64,000 nt of DNA from Nitrosarchaeum sp. GTDB taxonomy: Archaea; Thermoproteota; Nitrososphaeria; Nitrososphaerales; Nitrosopumilaceae. The stretch lies in contig OZ245020.1 of assembly GCA_965223865.1 (NCBI GenBank), forward strand, positions 832,001-896,000, in the 5' to 3' direction. The notes under the pieces were generated by a model. That model ran no database searches, was not told where the DNA came from, and saw only the letters and a program-made list of their open reading frames with translations. The position numbers were made by a program, and so were the translations under genes. Position 1 is the first letter of the stretch, and each line of letters opens with the position of its first letter. Shown here piece by piece: positions 51,623 to 62,018 of the stretch.

Positions 51623-51790
51623 TTATCCTCCTGTTGCCGCATCAAACAATGCACATTCACATTCATCTCTCTCTCCACAGTATGGACAAGTACAATGGCA
51701 ATGTGGAAGTGAATTATGACATATGCTACAATTAATGTAGTTTCCTTCATTATTTTCTAATAATGGGATAGAATAGTCAATTTCTTTCAT
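51623..51790 (-). CDS. 55-aa Cys-rich microprotein ending in GG
   Basis: ...CSICHNSLPHCHCTCPYCGERDECECALFDAATGG. Confidence 0.7.
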   Translation of the reverse strand: MKEIDYSIPLLENNEGNYINCSICHNSLPHCHCTCPYCGERDECECALFDAATGG

Positions 51791-51940
51791 GTTTCATATG
51801 CTTGCAGGTGGTATTATAATTTGAATTACAATAATCTAAAAAAATGTTCAATTTCTTTATTATTACTAAATGATTTTTCAGTTAATGCATAAATCACAAA
51901 AAAAACAATTATTGAAAATATTGACAGAAAAATTATTTTT

Positions 51941-52384
51941 CTAAATTAATCTAAAATCCTCTTTTATTGTATTGAGCACCATATGAGTTACGGTATTTTC
52001 AACATTTGGAACTGCGGATAATTTCTTAACAAATTCACTTAATTCTTGTCGGCTTTTAAATTTTCCAATCAATAAAACATCTGCAGGTCCAGTAATATCA
52101 TAGACTGCACAAATATCATTATTTTCAGCAATTTTTTGTTCGACTTCTAACATTTTTCCTTTTCCTGTTGTGACTTCAATTATTGCAGTTAAATCATATC
52201 CTAGTAACTGATCATTCAAACGGGCAGAATAACCTGTAATAATTTTTTTTTGTTCTAATTTTTTAATTCTCGTGATAACTGTTACAGTTGATAATCCTAG
52301 TTTGTGTGCTAATTGTCTAGATGATAATCTTGCATCAACTAACAAATTTTTTAAAATTTTAATGTCAGTTTCATCTAAATTCAT
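51941..52384 (-). CDS. Lrp/AsnC transcriptional regulator
   Basis: LDETD.KIL..L..DAR.S...LA..LGLS HTH plus RAM domain. Confidence 0.93.
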   Translation of the reverse strand: MNLDETDIKILKNLLVDARLSSRQLAHKLGLSTVTVITRIKKLEQKKIITGYSARLNDQLLGYDLTAIIEVTTGKGKMLEVEQKIAENNDICAVYDITGPADVLLIGKFKSRQELSEFVKKLSAVPNVENTVTHMVLNTIKEDFRLI

Positions 52385-52570
52385 ACTATCAATTATCTAA
52401 ACAAATATTTAAGAATTATAATATTATCTTATTATATTTTCATCAACTGAAAATTCCTCTTAATATTTATCAAATATAACTAATCTTTAATTTTAAAACA
52501 CCATATTTTTTGAAAATTAATTCTGATTTTTTTGGATAATCTTAAGTAATATTCTCGTATACGGTTTTGT

Positions 52571-52972
52571 ATGGTAAGTGAAATTTATGAAAAAGTTCTA
52601 CAAAGAATTATGGATTCAGACGTAAACATTAGGCATGGTATTATAACTGATTTGGATGGAAACATTGAAATCGTTAAACATCGAGAAGGAATAACAAATT
52701 ATTTATCTCCTGAAGAAACTGAACTTTCTCTTAAAAGAGCAGCAAGTGCATGGAAAGCAAGAAAACAATTGAGCCCAAAGATTGGTAGAGGACTTTATGC
52801 CTCAGCAGCATTTGAAAAAATTACAAGAATAACTTTTCCAATGGGAGAAAACCATCTAATCTTCGTAAGCCTTGGTTCAGATACCATGAGAACTGATCTA
52901 CATCAAGGTGGTTCAAAACAAATTATCGAACATGTTCTGAATATTCTAAGTGGTGACTATACAAAAGAGTAA
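52571..52972 (+). CDS. Roadblock-like thaumarchaeal protein
   Basis: HREGI..YLS.EET..SL...W..R..L..KIG.G.Y....FEKI.R.TFP pattern. Confidence 0.65.
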   Translation: MVSEIYEKVLQRIMDSDVNIRHGIITDLDGNIEIVKHREGITNYLSPEETELSLKRAASAWKARKQLSPKIGRGLYASAAFEKITRITFPMGENHLIFVSLGSDTMRTDLHQGGSKQIIEHVLNILSGDYTKE

Positions 52973-53315
52973 TCCTCCTTTTACCGTTTACTGCCATCTA
53001 CATTTTTCTGAAAAAAAATTACAAATAACCTTAGTTGTTATTATTGATTTTTTGTGTTTACTCCGATGAATTGAATATGTTTAGAGATTCAATTCTAATT
53101 TTCTTGACATTAAATTTTGTCAATTAAACGGAGGTCAAAATTATTATAAATAGAATGCATCCCTAAATTTTAATGATGTATTTTTTAAATGGGATTTGTT
53201 TTGATTAAAATCATAAGATACTTCTAAAAATGTATTTATTTCTTTTAAAGATTTTTAAAAATTTATTTAGTTATTATCCCTATATTCTTAGATATTAGAA
53301 AATTAACAAACTCTT

Positions 53316-53486
53316 ATGACTTTACTGAAAACAACACGATTGACAAAACAAGATGACAAATATGAGATTGAAATCCCACCAGAATGTATAGAAAAACTAG
53401 GCTGGCAAAATGGTCTTGTTTTAGAAATAGATGTCCAAGATTCTAAAGCAATAATAAAAAAACTACAAGGCTTCGTTGGTGTATAA
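53316..53486 (+). CDS. AbrB/MazE-like small protein
   Basis: MTLLKTTRLTKQDDKYEIEIPPECIEKLGWQNGLVLEIDVQDSKAIIKKLQGFVGV. Confidence 0.65.
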   Translation: MTLLKTTRLTKQDDKYEIEIPPECIEKLGWQNGLVLEIDVQDSKAIIKKLQGFVGV

Positions 53487-53608
53487 AGTACATTTTTAGA
53501 CTTGGAATTTAGCTTAAGCTACTATTTTTTAAAACTCCTTAAACCACTAATTCTTGATTTCCTATTAGGTTCAGTGTGAAAAGCTTATTATAATTTGAAG
53601 CAGCATTT

Positions 53609-53968
53609 TTGACTATTATGGCATCTGAACAAACACAGAAGATGATTACTGTTACTCCAAAAGCAGCAGAAAAGATCAAAGAATTCATGAAAGAAGAAAC
53701 CGAGAAACCTGAATATTTACGAGTATATGTTCAAGGTGGAGGTTGTTCTGGTCTGTCATACGGCATGGGCTTTGAAAAAGCACCAGAAGAAGATGACTTG
53801 GTTATGGAGGAGAATGGAGTAAAACTTCTAGTAGACAGCTACAGTGTAGATCATCTAAAAGGTGCAAACGTGGACTATATTGAAAGCCTAATGGGATCTG
53901 GATTTAAAATCAATAATCCAAATGTTGTAAAATCCTGTTCATGTGGTCATTCATTTAGCACTGAATAA
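53609..53968 (+). CDS. A-type Fe-S carrier (HesB/IscA/ErpA)
   Basis: GGCSG and NPN...SCSCGHSF motifs. Confidence 0.95.
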   Translation: MTIMASEQTQKMITVTPKAAEKIKEFMKEETEKPEYLRVYVQGGGCSGLSYGMGFEKAPEEDDLVMEENGVKLLVDSYSVDHLKGANVDYIESLMGSGFKINNPNVVKSCSCGHSFSTE

Positions 53969-54118
53969 ACTACATCGCTATTTTTCATTTTTAGACTGGT
54001 TTAGTGAAAACTAGTTGATTTTTTGTAAATTTCATTATTTTTTGCTTGTTTCATTGCGATACCCTCATATATCGAAACTAGAAATTGAAATTATGATAAT
54101 TAAGGAGATGAATAATTT

Positions 54119-55261
54119 ATGCCTCAATCAGGAATTGTCAAATATCATGTTAAACTTTCCTTTGAAGTTGATGGGCTCGTTGAAAGAGCAGACATAATCG
54201 GAGCAATCTTTGGCCAAACAGAAGGACTGTTAGGCCCTGAGATGAATCTAAATGAACTGCAACGAGTTTCAAAAGTTGGACGTATAGAAGTAAATTCAAA
54301 ATCTACCGCTAATACAACAGCAGGAGATGCTCTAATTCCAATGAGTACTGATATTGACACTTGTGCGTTAATTGCAGCAGGAATTGAGAGTATTGATAAG
54401 GTCGGTCCTTTTGATTGCAGCTTTAAACTGGATTCCATTGATGATGTTAGAGCAGCAAAGAAAGACGATATTGTAAAACGTGCAAAGGAAATCAAACAGC
54501 GCTGGGCAACAAAAACTGTTAGTGAAGGCGAAAGCATGCTAAAAGATGTTCATGCCGGTGATTCTGGAAAACTTACAACATATGGACCATCTAAATTAAC
54601 ATGTAGTTCTGGAGTCTTTGACTCAAACTGGATAATTCTAGTGGAAGGAAGAGCTGATGTGATCAATCTTCTAAGAGCTGGTTATGATAATTCAATTGCT
54701 ATCGAAGGAGCAAAAATAGATGAATCTATCAAAGAACTATGTTCCTCAAAGGATAACATTGTTGCATTTACTGATGGTGATAGAGCAGGTGGATTTATCC
54801 TTAAAGAACTCAAATCAGTTGTTCCAATTGATTATGATCTACGAGCTGATACTGGAATTGAAGTTGAAGAGTTGACTCCTGAAAGAATTGATGAACTTCT
54901 TAGCCCCATAGCTGAAGAAATTAAATCTGGCGTTCCTGTACCTACCTTGAAGAGTGAAAATGACAAACCTATTGCCGAAATGGCAGCTAAAATTTACCCC
55001 GACCTTAATGAAACACTAGAAGCAATTGCATTAGATGAAAGCCAAAAGGAAATATTTAAAGTTCCAATTAGCGAAGTTGTTAGCAAACTATCAACACAAT
55101 CTGGAATAAAATATCTCTTGCTTGATGGTATTATCACACAGAGACTTTTAGAAGGTGCAAAAAATGCTGGCATTGAGTGCGTAATAGGCCATAGAGTTGC
55201 AAAACTAACAAACTCTGATGGATTAACCCTTAAAACATTCGGTGACTTGGGAATAGCATAG
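54119..55261 (+). CDS. dnaG: Archaeal DnaG
   Basis: GAIFGQTEGLLG, VEGRADV and DGDRAG motifs. Confidence 0.95.
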   Translation: MPQSGIVKYHVKLSFEVDGLVERADIIGAIFGQTEGLLGPEMNLNELQRVSKVGRIEVNSKSTANTTAGDALIPMSTDIDTCALIAAGIESIDKVGPFDCSFKLDSIDDVRAAKKDDIVKRAKEIKQRWATKTVSEGESMLKDVHAGDSGKLTTYGPSKLTCSSGVFDSNWIILVEGRADVINLLRAGYDNSIAIEGAKIDESIKELCSSKDNIVAFTDGDRAGGFILKELKSVVPIDYDLRADTGIEVEELTPERIDELLSPIAEEIKSGVPVPTLKSENDKPIAEMAAKIYPDLNETLEAIALDESQKEIFKVPISEVVSKLSTQSGIKYLLLDGIITQRLLEGAKNAGIECVIGHRVAKLTNSDGLTLKTFGDLGIA

Positions 55262-55270
55262 GTCTACTAG

Positions 55271-55954
55271 ATGACTGAACTAAAAACTCAGCACATCTTA
55301 ACTCTCGCCTATCTTCTTTCAAAAGGAGCAAAAAATAACTTTGTTACCTTCACGACATCTTCGTTAGGAAAAAACATAAAAAAATCTCAACAGGCTGCCT
55401 CTAAACATCTCATAGAACTTGAAAATAATCAATTCATTGAAAGAATAATTAGTGGACGAAACATTTCAGTTAAAATCACTCAAAAGGGATTTTCAGAAAT
55501 AATCCGGCTATCAACAATTCTTCAAAAAAGTCTAGACTCATCTCCCTCTGATGTGGAACTCCAAGGAACTTTAGTTTCAGGGATGGGAGAAGGAGCCTAC
55601 TATATGTCTCTTAAAGGTTACACAACACAATTCAAATCTAAAATTGGTTATATTCCCTTTCCTGGAACTCTGAACGTTAAATTAGACAAAAAAGTACATC
55701 AAGAGGTAATTAAACAATTTGAGACTTTGAATGGTATTATGATAAAGAGTTTTTCAGATGGAAAGCGGACCTACGGGTGGGTAAAATGCTTTCCTGCAAA
55801 AATTAATCAGACAATAGATTGTCAATTAATAATTTTAGAGCGAACTCATCATGATAGTTCGATTATTGAATTGATCTCAAAAATTTGCATCAGAAAATCT
55901 GGTAAATTAAAAGATGGCTCCAAAATAACAATTAAGATCCCAATCCAATCTTAA
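55271..55954 (+). CDS. ribK: CTP-dependent riboflavin kinase with N-terminal HTH
   Basis: SQQAASK.L HTH; VSGMGEG.YY, PFPGTLN and ERTHH motifs. Confidence 0.92.
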   Translation: MTELKTQHILTLAYLLSKGAKNNFVTFTTSSLGKNIKKSQQAASKHLIELENNQFIERIISGRNISVKITQKGFSEIIRLSTILQKSLDSSPSDVELQGTLVSGMGEGAYYMSLKGYTTQFKSKIGYIPFPGTLNVKLDKKVHQEVIKQFETLNGIMIKSFSDGKRTYGWVKCFPAKINQTIDCQLIILERTHHDSSIIELISKICIRKSGKLKDGSKITIKIPIQS

Positions 55955-55972
55955 ACCATACCTCAGACAAAA

Positions 55973-56446
55973 GTGATTAATACAACAATTGAGTCATCCT
56001 TGTTGAGTTTGTTTAATCAAATTACAGTTGCAATTATTACTCCAACTCATGATAAAAAATCGTTTGATCTTGGATTAAAAATGGCAAAGAAACTTGAATG
56101 CCCTCTTTCCATTATAGAATGCTTCTATCAACAGCCCCCAATGTTTCATTTCTTTGAAACAAAAGCAGATAAAAAATCTCTTCAAAATAGAAAAGACAAA
56201 ATTAAATCAGAATTAGTAAAATGGGAAAAAATTGCAGAAAAAGAAAACGTTCCAATAAAAACTAAATTTGCATTGACTGATTCTATTGCACATTGGGTAA
56301 TTGATTATGTAATAGAAAATGATGTTGATCTTTTAATTGTGGATTATCCCAAACTTTCAATGACAGAATCTACCCACTATGATGATATTATTAACACAAT
56401 TCATCATAAAGCAAAATGTCATATTCTTACTACAAAACAATATTGA
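55973..56446 (+). CDS. Universal stress protein-like
   Basis: I.DY..EN.VDLLIV...I.HKAKC.IL pattern. Confidence 0.75.
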   Translation: MINTTIESSLLSLFNQITVAIITPTHDKKSFDLGLKMAKKLECPLSIIECFYQQPPMFHFFETKADKKSLQNRKDKIKSELVKWEKIAEKENVPIKTKFALTDSIAHWVIDYVIENDVDLLIVDYPKLSMTESTHYDDIINTIHHKAKCHILTTKQY

Positions 56447-56452
56447 TTCAAA

Positions 56453-57070
56453 TTAAATTCCGTGAATTGATTCACCATACTCTTTTTCAATCTTTGAACT
56501 AGAGCTGTCCGGAATTGGCGATTGTAATCTTGCAACTTTTGCATCTAGTTTTATCCGTATACATCCATCTTTGATGAATTTTTCTTGATGAACCTGATCA
56601 TATCCTAAAGCAATAATTTGAGGCCTTACACGATTTACTGTCTTGAAAATATCATCTTCTTGGCCCACAAGACAAAGGTCTACCATTACCAAAGAGTTGA
56701 CTAATTCTTGGCGTTGGTCTTGACTGTGTAGAGGTTTTCGTTTTTTCATCTTTATTGTAGTGTTGTCTGTTGCAACCACTACAACTAGAACATCACCAAG
56801 CAGACGTGCCGCGTTTAAGGTGTAAATGTGACCTGGATGAATAATGTCAAAGACTCCTCCTGCTAAAACTACCCTGAGGGAATTTCTGCCAAGTTCCGTT
56901 AATGTTGTTCTATCTTCATTTACGAGTTGACTTTTTATCAATTCGTCAATTTTTGAATTGATAATATTTTCTGAAATTTTATTTTTTTTTTGGATAATAT
57001 TCATTGGAGATTTTCCCTTTAGTTGGCCTACGTATATTGCCGTCAAGATTGATTTTTCTAATAATTCCAA
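56453..57070 (-). CDS. ribL: FAD synthase (cytidylyltransferase family)
   Basis: GGVFDIIHPGH, VVVATD and P.IIALGYDQ motifs. Confidence 0.88.
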   Translation of the reverse strand: MELLEKSILTAIYVGQLKGKSPMNIIQKKNKISENIINSKIDELIKSQLVNEDRTTLTELGRNSLRVVLAGGVFDIIHPGHIYTLNAARLLGDVLVVVVATDNTTIKMKKRKPLHSQDQRQELVNSLVMVDLCLVGQEDDIFKTVNRVRPQIIALGYDQVHQEKFIKDGCIRIKLDAKVARLQSPIPDSSSSKIEKEYGESIHGI

Positions 57071-57112
57071 TGCGGTTTATCCTATCTTCTCTCTCTTTAA
57101 TTCATCGTTTAA

Positions 57113-58150
57113 CTACATCTTTGGATCTAGACCTTTAGCTAATCTTAGAGCATCTATGAGCCCATCAGCATATCCAATACTCAATATTGCTACTTCATCT
57201 TGGCCATCTTCCAGAAACTTTTCTGCATCTTGAATATACAATTCAGCATTTTCCAAAATTATTTGAAATTCTTTTTTGTCTTTGTAATATGGTTCTATCT
57301 CTCCTAATGCCTCTCTTATCATTGGCACATATTTCCTCATCATTTGTTTTGATATCTTTATTGTATACTCAGAATTGTCTATTGGCTCGTCAAGACATTT
57401 TGAAAATATTTTCAGAGCGTCTGATTCTGTAAAGTGTAATCTTCCTGTAATTATTATTGTATGTGGTGGTTTCCCAAAGTCTGTTTTCTTTAGATTTGAA
57501 ATTTTTCCAGAAACTATTGATTGATTTTTAAATCCAATTCTTGATGCAACGATTGCATACGTTGATTGATTAATAACATTTCTTCTCTGACCTTTTTCAG
57601 TTTCAATTAATCCCAAAAGAGCATCTTTTGGATCCAAGAAAAAGTCCTTGTCTTGATTATATTCTAGTAATAATACAGTGTGATTTCCTTCTATGATGTT
57701 TTTGTAAATGATATAGTAGGGTGTTGTAAGGGATTTCATTTCACTCATTATGGTTGCAATTCTTCCAACTTTGTAAAAATGAAGACCACATTCCCCTATA
57801 AGTGAGGTAAGTGAAGAGGCTGCATGAATTGAATATGTCTTTATTTTCTGCTCAATTGCTCTTGCCCTTAATTCAATATGAGTTGTTGCAATATATGGAT
57901 CCCCGTATGATAATAATACTGTTTTTTTCTTTTTTGCATTTTGTAAAATCTCATTTCCATCTTCTACTAGCCATCTTTTGGCAGGTTTGAATTTTCCTTT
58001 AACCAATTTTTTGATTTTTGTAAAATCTGATTTACCAATTGGACTGGTGAATTGTTCAAGGTATACGATATCTGCTTTTGCTAAGATATCTATTGCCTCA
58101 ACTGAAATCGATTTTGAACCTGAAACTCCAAGTCCTATAAACCAAAGCAT
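57113..58150 (-). CDS. dph5: Diphthine synthase with C-terminal DUF357-like domain
   Basis: IGLG, YLE.FTS, GDP.IATTH and FG.PPH motifs; C-terminal Y..DA..F...YADGL.DA. Confidence 0.92.
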   Translation of the reverse strand: MLWFIGLGVSGSKSISVEAIDILAKADIVYLEQFTSPIGKSDFTKIKKLVKGKFKPAKRWLVEDGNEILQNAKKKKTVLLSYGDPYIATTHIELRARAIEQKIKTYSIHAASSLTSLIGECGLHFYKVGRIATIMSEMKSLTTPYYIIYKNIIEGNHTVLLLEYNQDKDFFLDPKDALLGLIETEKGQRRNVINQSTYAIVASRIGFKNQSIVSGKISNLKKTDFGKPPHTIIITGRLHFTESDALKIFSKCLDEPIDNSEYTIKISKQMMRKYVPMIREALGEIEPYYKDKKEFQIILENAELYIQDAEKFLEDGQDEVAILSIGYADGLIDALRLAKGLDPKM

Positions 58151-59277
58151 TACTGCATCTTTCTATCATGGAGTCTTTTTAAGTGCTGTAGAGTTTTCTT
58201 GAGAATTTCAATTCCTCTGAGATATTCATCAATTGAAACCTTCTCATCAATAGTATGGGCCTCATGAGGGTCTCCAGGACCATATGTTACCACTGGTATA
58301 TTCCATTGGTTTCCAATTACATTCATGTCTCCTGTACCAGTTTTTCTGATTAATGTAGGTCTTGAATGCTCTGTTTCCATTATTCCCAAAGTAAACGCTC
58401 TTACAAGCGGCGAGTTATGTGGAGCCTCAAAGGGTTCTGTTTCATCGAGAATTGAATAAAATACTTCGACATCTCTTTTCTCTGCAATTTCTTTTACAAG
58501 ACTAGAAATTTTTTGTTCTACAGATTTGCAATTCATATCTACTGGAATTCTAATGTCGAAAGTTGAAACACATTCTTTTGGTGTAACATTGTGACTTGTA
58601 CCCCCGTTAATTTCAGTTAAAGTTACAGTTAGCAACATACCTTTTGTTCTGTTTTCTTGTCCTGATTCCAAACTTTCTTTGAACTCTTTTACAAATATCA
58701 TTGATTCTTGAATTGCATTTTTTGAAAGCCACGGAGCACTTGCATGTGCACTATCTTGAACACTTACCTTGAGATTTATTGCCAGTCTTCCTTTGTATGC
58801 GATTGTAACTTGTTTAATTCCACTTGGTTCTCCAAAAATCGCATAATCTACATTCATATCATTTTTAACCAAATTCTTGATTCCTGTTGCGTTTCCTTCT
58901 TCATCTACTGCACCGACAAATGTAACCGTTCCATTGTTGTTTTGAATTGATGCAGCTGCAAAAAGCATTGCCATTAATGGTGCCTTTGCATCTGATGCCC
59001 CTCGTCCATAAAGAGAATCTCCTTCTTTTCTCACCTTTACTTTTCCTGGAACTACATCCATGTGTCCACAAAGGAGAATTTTTGGGGAACCTGATCCTTT
59101 CTTTGCAATGATGTTACCAACTTCATCAATGTGAATATCTTCAAATCCTAAATCATCACATTTGTCAGCCAAAAATTCTGCCATCGGCTTTTCGCTTAGA
59201 GATGGGGTGTAAAGCTTTAGTGCTTTTTCAAGCATCTTCACGGCAAATCTTGGTGTTACAGTAAACGTTGTGTCCAA
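58150..59277 (-). CDS. lysK: LysW-lysine/LysW-ornithine carboxypeptidase
   Basis: M20 motifs GHMDVV, GRGASDAK, DEE, KTGTGDMN, YGPGD...HT..E. Confidence 0.92.
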   Translation of the reverse strand: MDTTFTVTPRFAVKMLEKALKLYTPSLSEKPMAEFLADKCDDLGFEDIHIDEVGNIIAKKGSGSPKILLCGHMDVVPGKVKVRKEGDSLYGRGASDAKAPLMAMLFAAASIQNNNGTVTFVGAVDEEGNATGIKNLVKNDMNVDYAIFGEPSGIKQVTIAYKGRLAINLKVSVQDSAHASAPWLSKNAIQESMIFVKEFKESLESGQENRTKGMLLTVTLTEINGGTSHNVTPKECVSTFDIRIPVDMNCKSVEQKISSLVKEIAEKRDVEVFYSILDETEPFEAPHNSPLVRAFTLGIMETEHSRPTLIRKTGTGDMNVIGNQWNIPVVTYGPGDPHEAHTIDEKVSIDEYLRGIEILKKTLQHLKRLHDRKMQ

Positions 59278-59283
59278 TTCTTA

Positions 59284-60129
59284 TTATTTTGATTTGAGGG
59301 CATAATCAAGCATTAATGAAGGGATATCAACACTACATACTCGAACTGTATTTTTGTACTCTGTTGTGTTATTGACCTCATGAACCACTAATCCTCTTTC
59401 ATCACTTTCCATCAAATCTACTCCTACTATGTCTCCTTGAACTGCATTTTTTGCCTTAATACACATTTCTTCCATCTCGGGTGTAACTTTACACTCTTCT
59501 GCTATTCCTCCCAAAGCCATGTTTGTTTTCCAGTTTCCACTTCCCGAAGTTCTATAGATAGCTGCAACAATTTTATCTCCTACCATAATTGCTCTAATGT
59601 CTCTTGGGGGTCGTTTGACAAATTCCTCTAAATAATGAATCTGATAAATTGGATACATGTTTTCCCTGCTTTCAATAATTCCTTCTGCAGAATCCTTGTC
59701 ATTCAATTTTGAAATTAATCTCCCCCAACTCCCAACAGTTGGTTTTATTACTTTTGGATATCCTTGTGTCTCGAGTGCCTCTAAAGCTGCATCTTTAGAA
59801 AATGCAACCGTTGCATATGGTGTTGGAACTCCTAACTTTTTCAGAAGCATATGTGTGAAAAGTTTGTTTCCTGCAAAAATTCCTGTATTTAGACAATTAA
59901 TTACCTTAACTCCTAACCCTTCTAATGCTGCAGTAGAGTGCAAGTTTCTGTAATAACTAACACATCTCTGAATAACTACTCCATAATCTTCTGGTTTTTT
60001 TTCTAATTCTACAGCTAATTTTTTACAATCAACCATCTGAATATTGATATTATTTTTTTTACCTGCCTCTAAGAGTGCCTTTTCTTCCCAACGGATGGTA
60101 TCGTAAAGAATTGTAACTTCAGGGCTCAC
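59284..60129 (-). CDS. lysX: Alpha-aminoadipate--LysW ligase
   Basis: IRWEEK, KP.VGSWGR, RDIR, WKTN.A.G and HEVN motifs; GTG start overlaps the lysW stop. Confidence 0.92.
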   Translation of the reverse strand: MSPEVTILYDTIRWEEKALLEAGKKNNINIQMVDCKKLAVELEKKPEDYGVVIQRCVSYYRNLHSTAALEGLGVKVINCLNTGIFAGNKLFTHMLLKKLGVPTPYATVAFSKDAALEALETQGYPKVIKPTVGSWGRLISKLNDKDSAEGIIESRENMYPIYQIHYLEEFVKRPPRDIRAIMVGDKIVAAIYRTSGSGNWKTNMALGGIAEECKVTPEMEEMCIKAKNAVQGDIVGVDLMESDERGLVVHEVNNTTEYKNTVRVCSVDIPSLMLDYALKSK

Positions 60130-60293
60130 TGTCCCCAATCCTCGCCAACCGTTTGGGCAGGCTTGAGATCGAAACCATCTGAACCTTTTGCTAATTCAAA
60201 ACTTGCGCCGCATTCCGGACATGTTACAATTTCTCCCTCCAATGCATCACTTGGAATTGAAATTTCTGCATCGCATTCTTCACATTTTGACAT
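60126..60293 (-). CDS. lysW: Amino-group carrier protein LysW (ends EDWGQ)
   Basis: MSKCEECDAEISIPSDALEGEIVTCPECGASFELAKGSDGFDLKPAQTVGEDWGQ; missed by the ORF track. Confidence 0.92.
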   Translation of the reverse strand: MSKCEECDAEISIPSDALEGEIVTCPECGASFELAKGSDGFDLKPAQTVGEDWGQ

Positions 60294-60315
60294 ATTTTTT
60301 CCTCATTCTTCCTCT

Positions 60316-61482
60316 TTATTTGTCATTAATTATCTTTTTTTCAAGTCGGTCCTCAAGTGGAATCTCAATGAGATCTCCCATTCTTAGTCCTTTGAGACCT
60401 GAAGCCACTGCTTTTGCATGCTCATCATCTTTTTCCAGTCCTAACAAAGACATCAGGTAAGCAGCACCTGTTTTACCTGCCAGTTCACCAAATACAATCC
60501 TCCTTCTATTCCCTACAGCTCGTGGCGGGATTGGTTCATAGGCTGCGGGATTTCTGAGAATTGCTGCAAGATGAGTTCCTGCTTTGTGTTTGTATGCTGA
60601 AGAACCAACAATTGGTTTAGAGTCATATGGTTTGATTGATGTGTATTCCTCAATAAGTCTTGACAAATCTAGAAGCATATCTAGTCTGAAGTCATTTGGT
60701 GATTTGTATAGGTATGTTAATGCAACTGCAACTTCGGCAAGGGGTGGAATTCCTGTTCTCTCACCAATTCCATCAATCGTGGTATGAATTTGGTCAACTC
60801 CTGCATCACATGCAGCAAATGCATTGGCAACAGCAAATCCAATATCATTATGAACATGTGCATCAAGTGGTACATCAATAACTTCTCGCACCTTTTTTAC
60901 AAAATTATACATCCCGATAGGACGAAGAATTCCAACAGTATCTGGCAAACTAATTCTGTCTACTCCAGCATCTTCAATGGCTTTACACATATCAAGTAAA
61001 AATTCTGGTTCTGCCCTACTCCCATCTTCTACTGTAAATCTTATTTTTAATCCATGAGATTTTGCATATTCTACGGTTTCAACTGCTCTTTCCATTGCTT
61101 TTTCTCTTGAAATTCTTAACTTGTCTTTAAGATGAATATCTGAAATGCCAAGATAAGCAGCACACCATTTTGCATCACAACTTAATGAAACGTCAATGTC
61201 TTCTTTAAGTGCTCTACCATGTGAGACAATGTCTGCTTTTAACCCTTGTTTGATGATAGTTTTAGTTGCTTCTCTGTGATCATCTGAAACAACTGGTGAG
61301 ATTTCTATTTGATCTACTCCAAAATAATCTAGCATCCATGCAATTTGGATTCTTTGCTTGTTGGTAAATGAAACTCCTGGATGTTGCTCTCCTTCTCTCA
61401 GAGTGCTGTCTAGTACTCTAATTTTCTTTGGATTTTTTTCATATGCATTGTACAGATTTGCATAGTGATTCGGATCTTTCAT
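60316..61482 (-). CDS. Homocitrate synthase (LeuA family)
   Basis: DSTLREGEQ, HVHND.G and GIGER.G motifs; located in the lys cluster. Confidence 0.88.
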   Translation of the reverse strand: MKDPNHYANLYNAYEKNPKKIRVLDSTLREGEQHPGVSFTNKQRIQIAWMLDYFGVDQIEISPVVSDDHREATKTIIKQGLKADIVSHGRALKEDIDVSLSCDAKWCAAYLGISDIHLKDKLRISREKAMERAVETVEYAKSHGLKIRFTVEDGSRAEPEFLLDMCKAIEDAGVDRISLPDTVGILRPIGMYNFVKKVREVIDVPLDAHVHNDIGFAVANAFAACDAGVDQIHTTIDGIGERTGIPPLAEVAVALTYLYKSPNDFRLDMLLDLSRLIEEYTSIKPYDSKPIVGSSAYKHKAGTHLAAILRNPAAYEPIPPRAVGNRRRIVFGELAGKTGAAYLMSLLGLEKDDEHAKAVASGLKGLRMGDLIEIPLEDRLEKKIINDK

Positions 61483-61598
61483 TACATAAATCGCTAACTT
61501 TAATCAAGAATATAAATATATTCGTACTAAGGTCGTTTTATTTTGTAATTATTGATCCTAATTTAGTTAGTAATTTTAAAAATGAAACGAAAGTCGTT

Positions 61599-62018
61599 CT
61601 AGGCTATTTTTCTTAGAATAATGACAGTATTGGTGTCAATTACTCCTGGAATTTTTCTTAGTGCGTCAATACTATTATTGATTTCTGTAATGTTTGATGC
61701 ACTGATAATTGTCGTAATGTCGTACTGTCCAGTAATTTCGTATACTACCTTTACACCATTTAGTTTTGCAAGTTTTGCTGATACCTTGGATGTGTCAGTT
61801 GCTGAATCCACTGATACTAAAACAATTGCGCTTGTTGTATTTTCTTCTCCAAGTTCTAAAGTGAACTTTTTGATTGTACCATTATCTACGAGTTGCTTTA
61901 CTCTTCTTCTTACAGCTGATTCAGAGAGCTTTAGCTTCTTTCCAATATCTACAAATGACTCTCTAGAATCCTCTTTAAGGTATTCGATAATTTTTTCATC
62001 AACTTTATCCTTGTACAT
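61599..62018 (-). CDS. lysM: Lrp-family regulator LysM
   Basis: HTH LSESAVRRRV plus YEITGQYD; located in the lys cluster. Confidence 0.85.
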   Translation of the reverse strand: MYKDKVDEKIIEYLKEDSRESFVDIGKKLKLSESAVRRRVKQLVDNGTIKKFTLELGEENTTSAIVLVSVDSATDTSKVSAKLAKLNGVKVVYEITGQYDITTIISASNITEINNSIDALRKIPGVIDTNTVIILRKIA

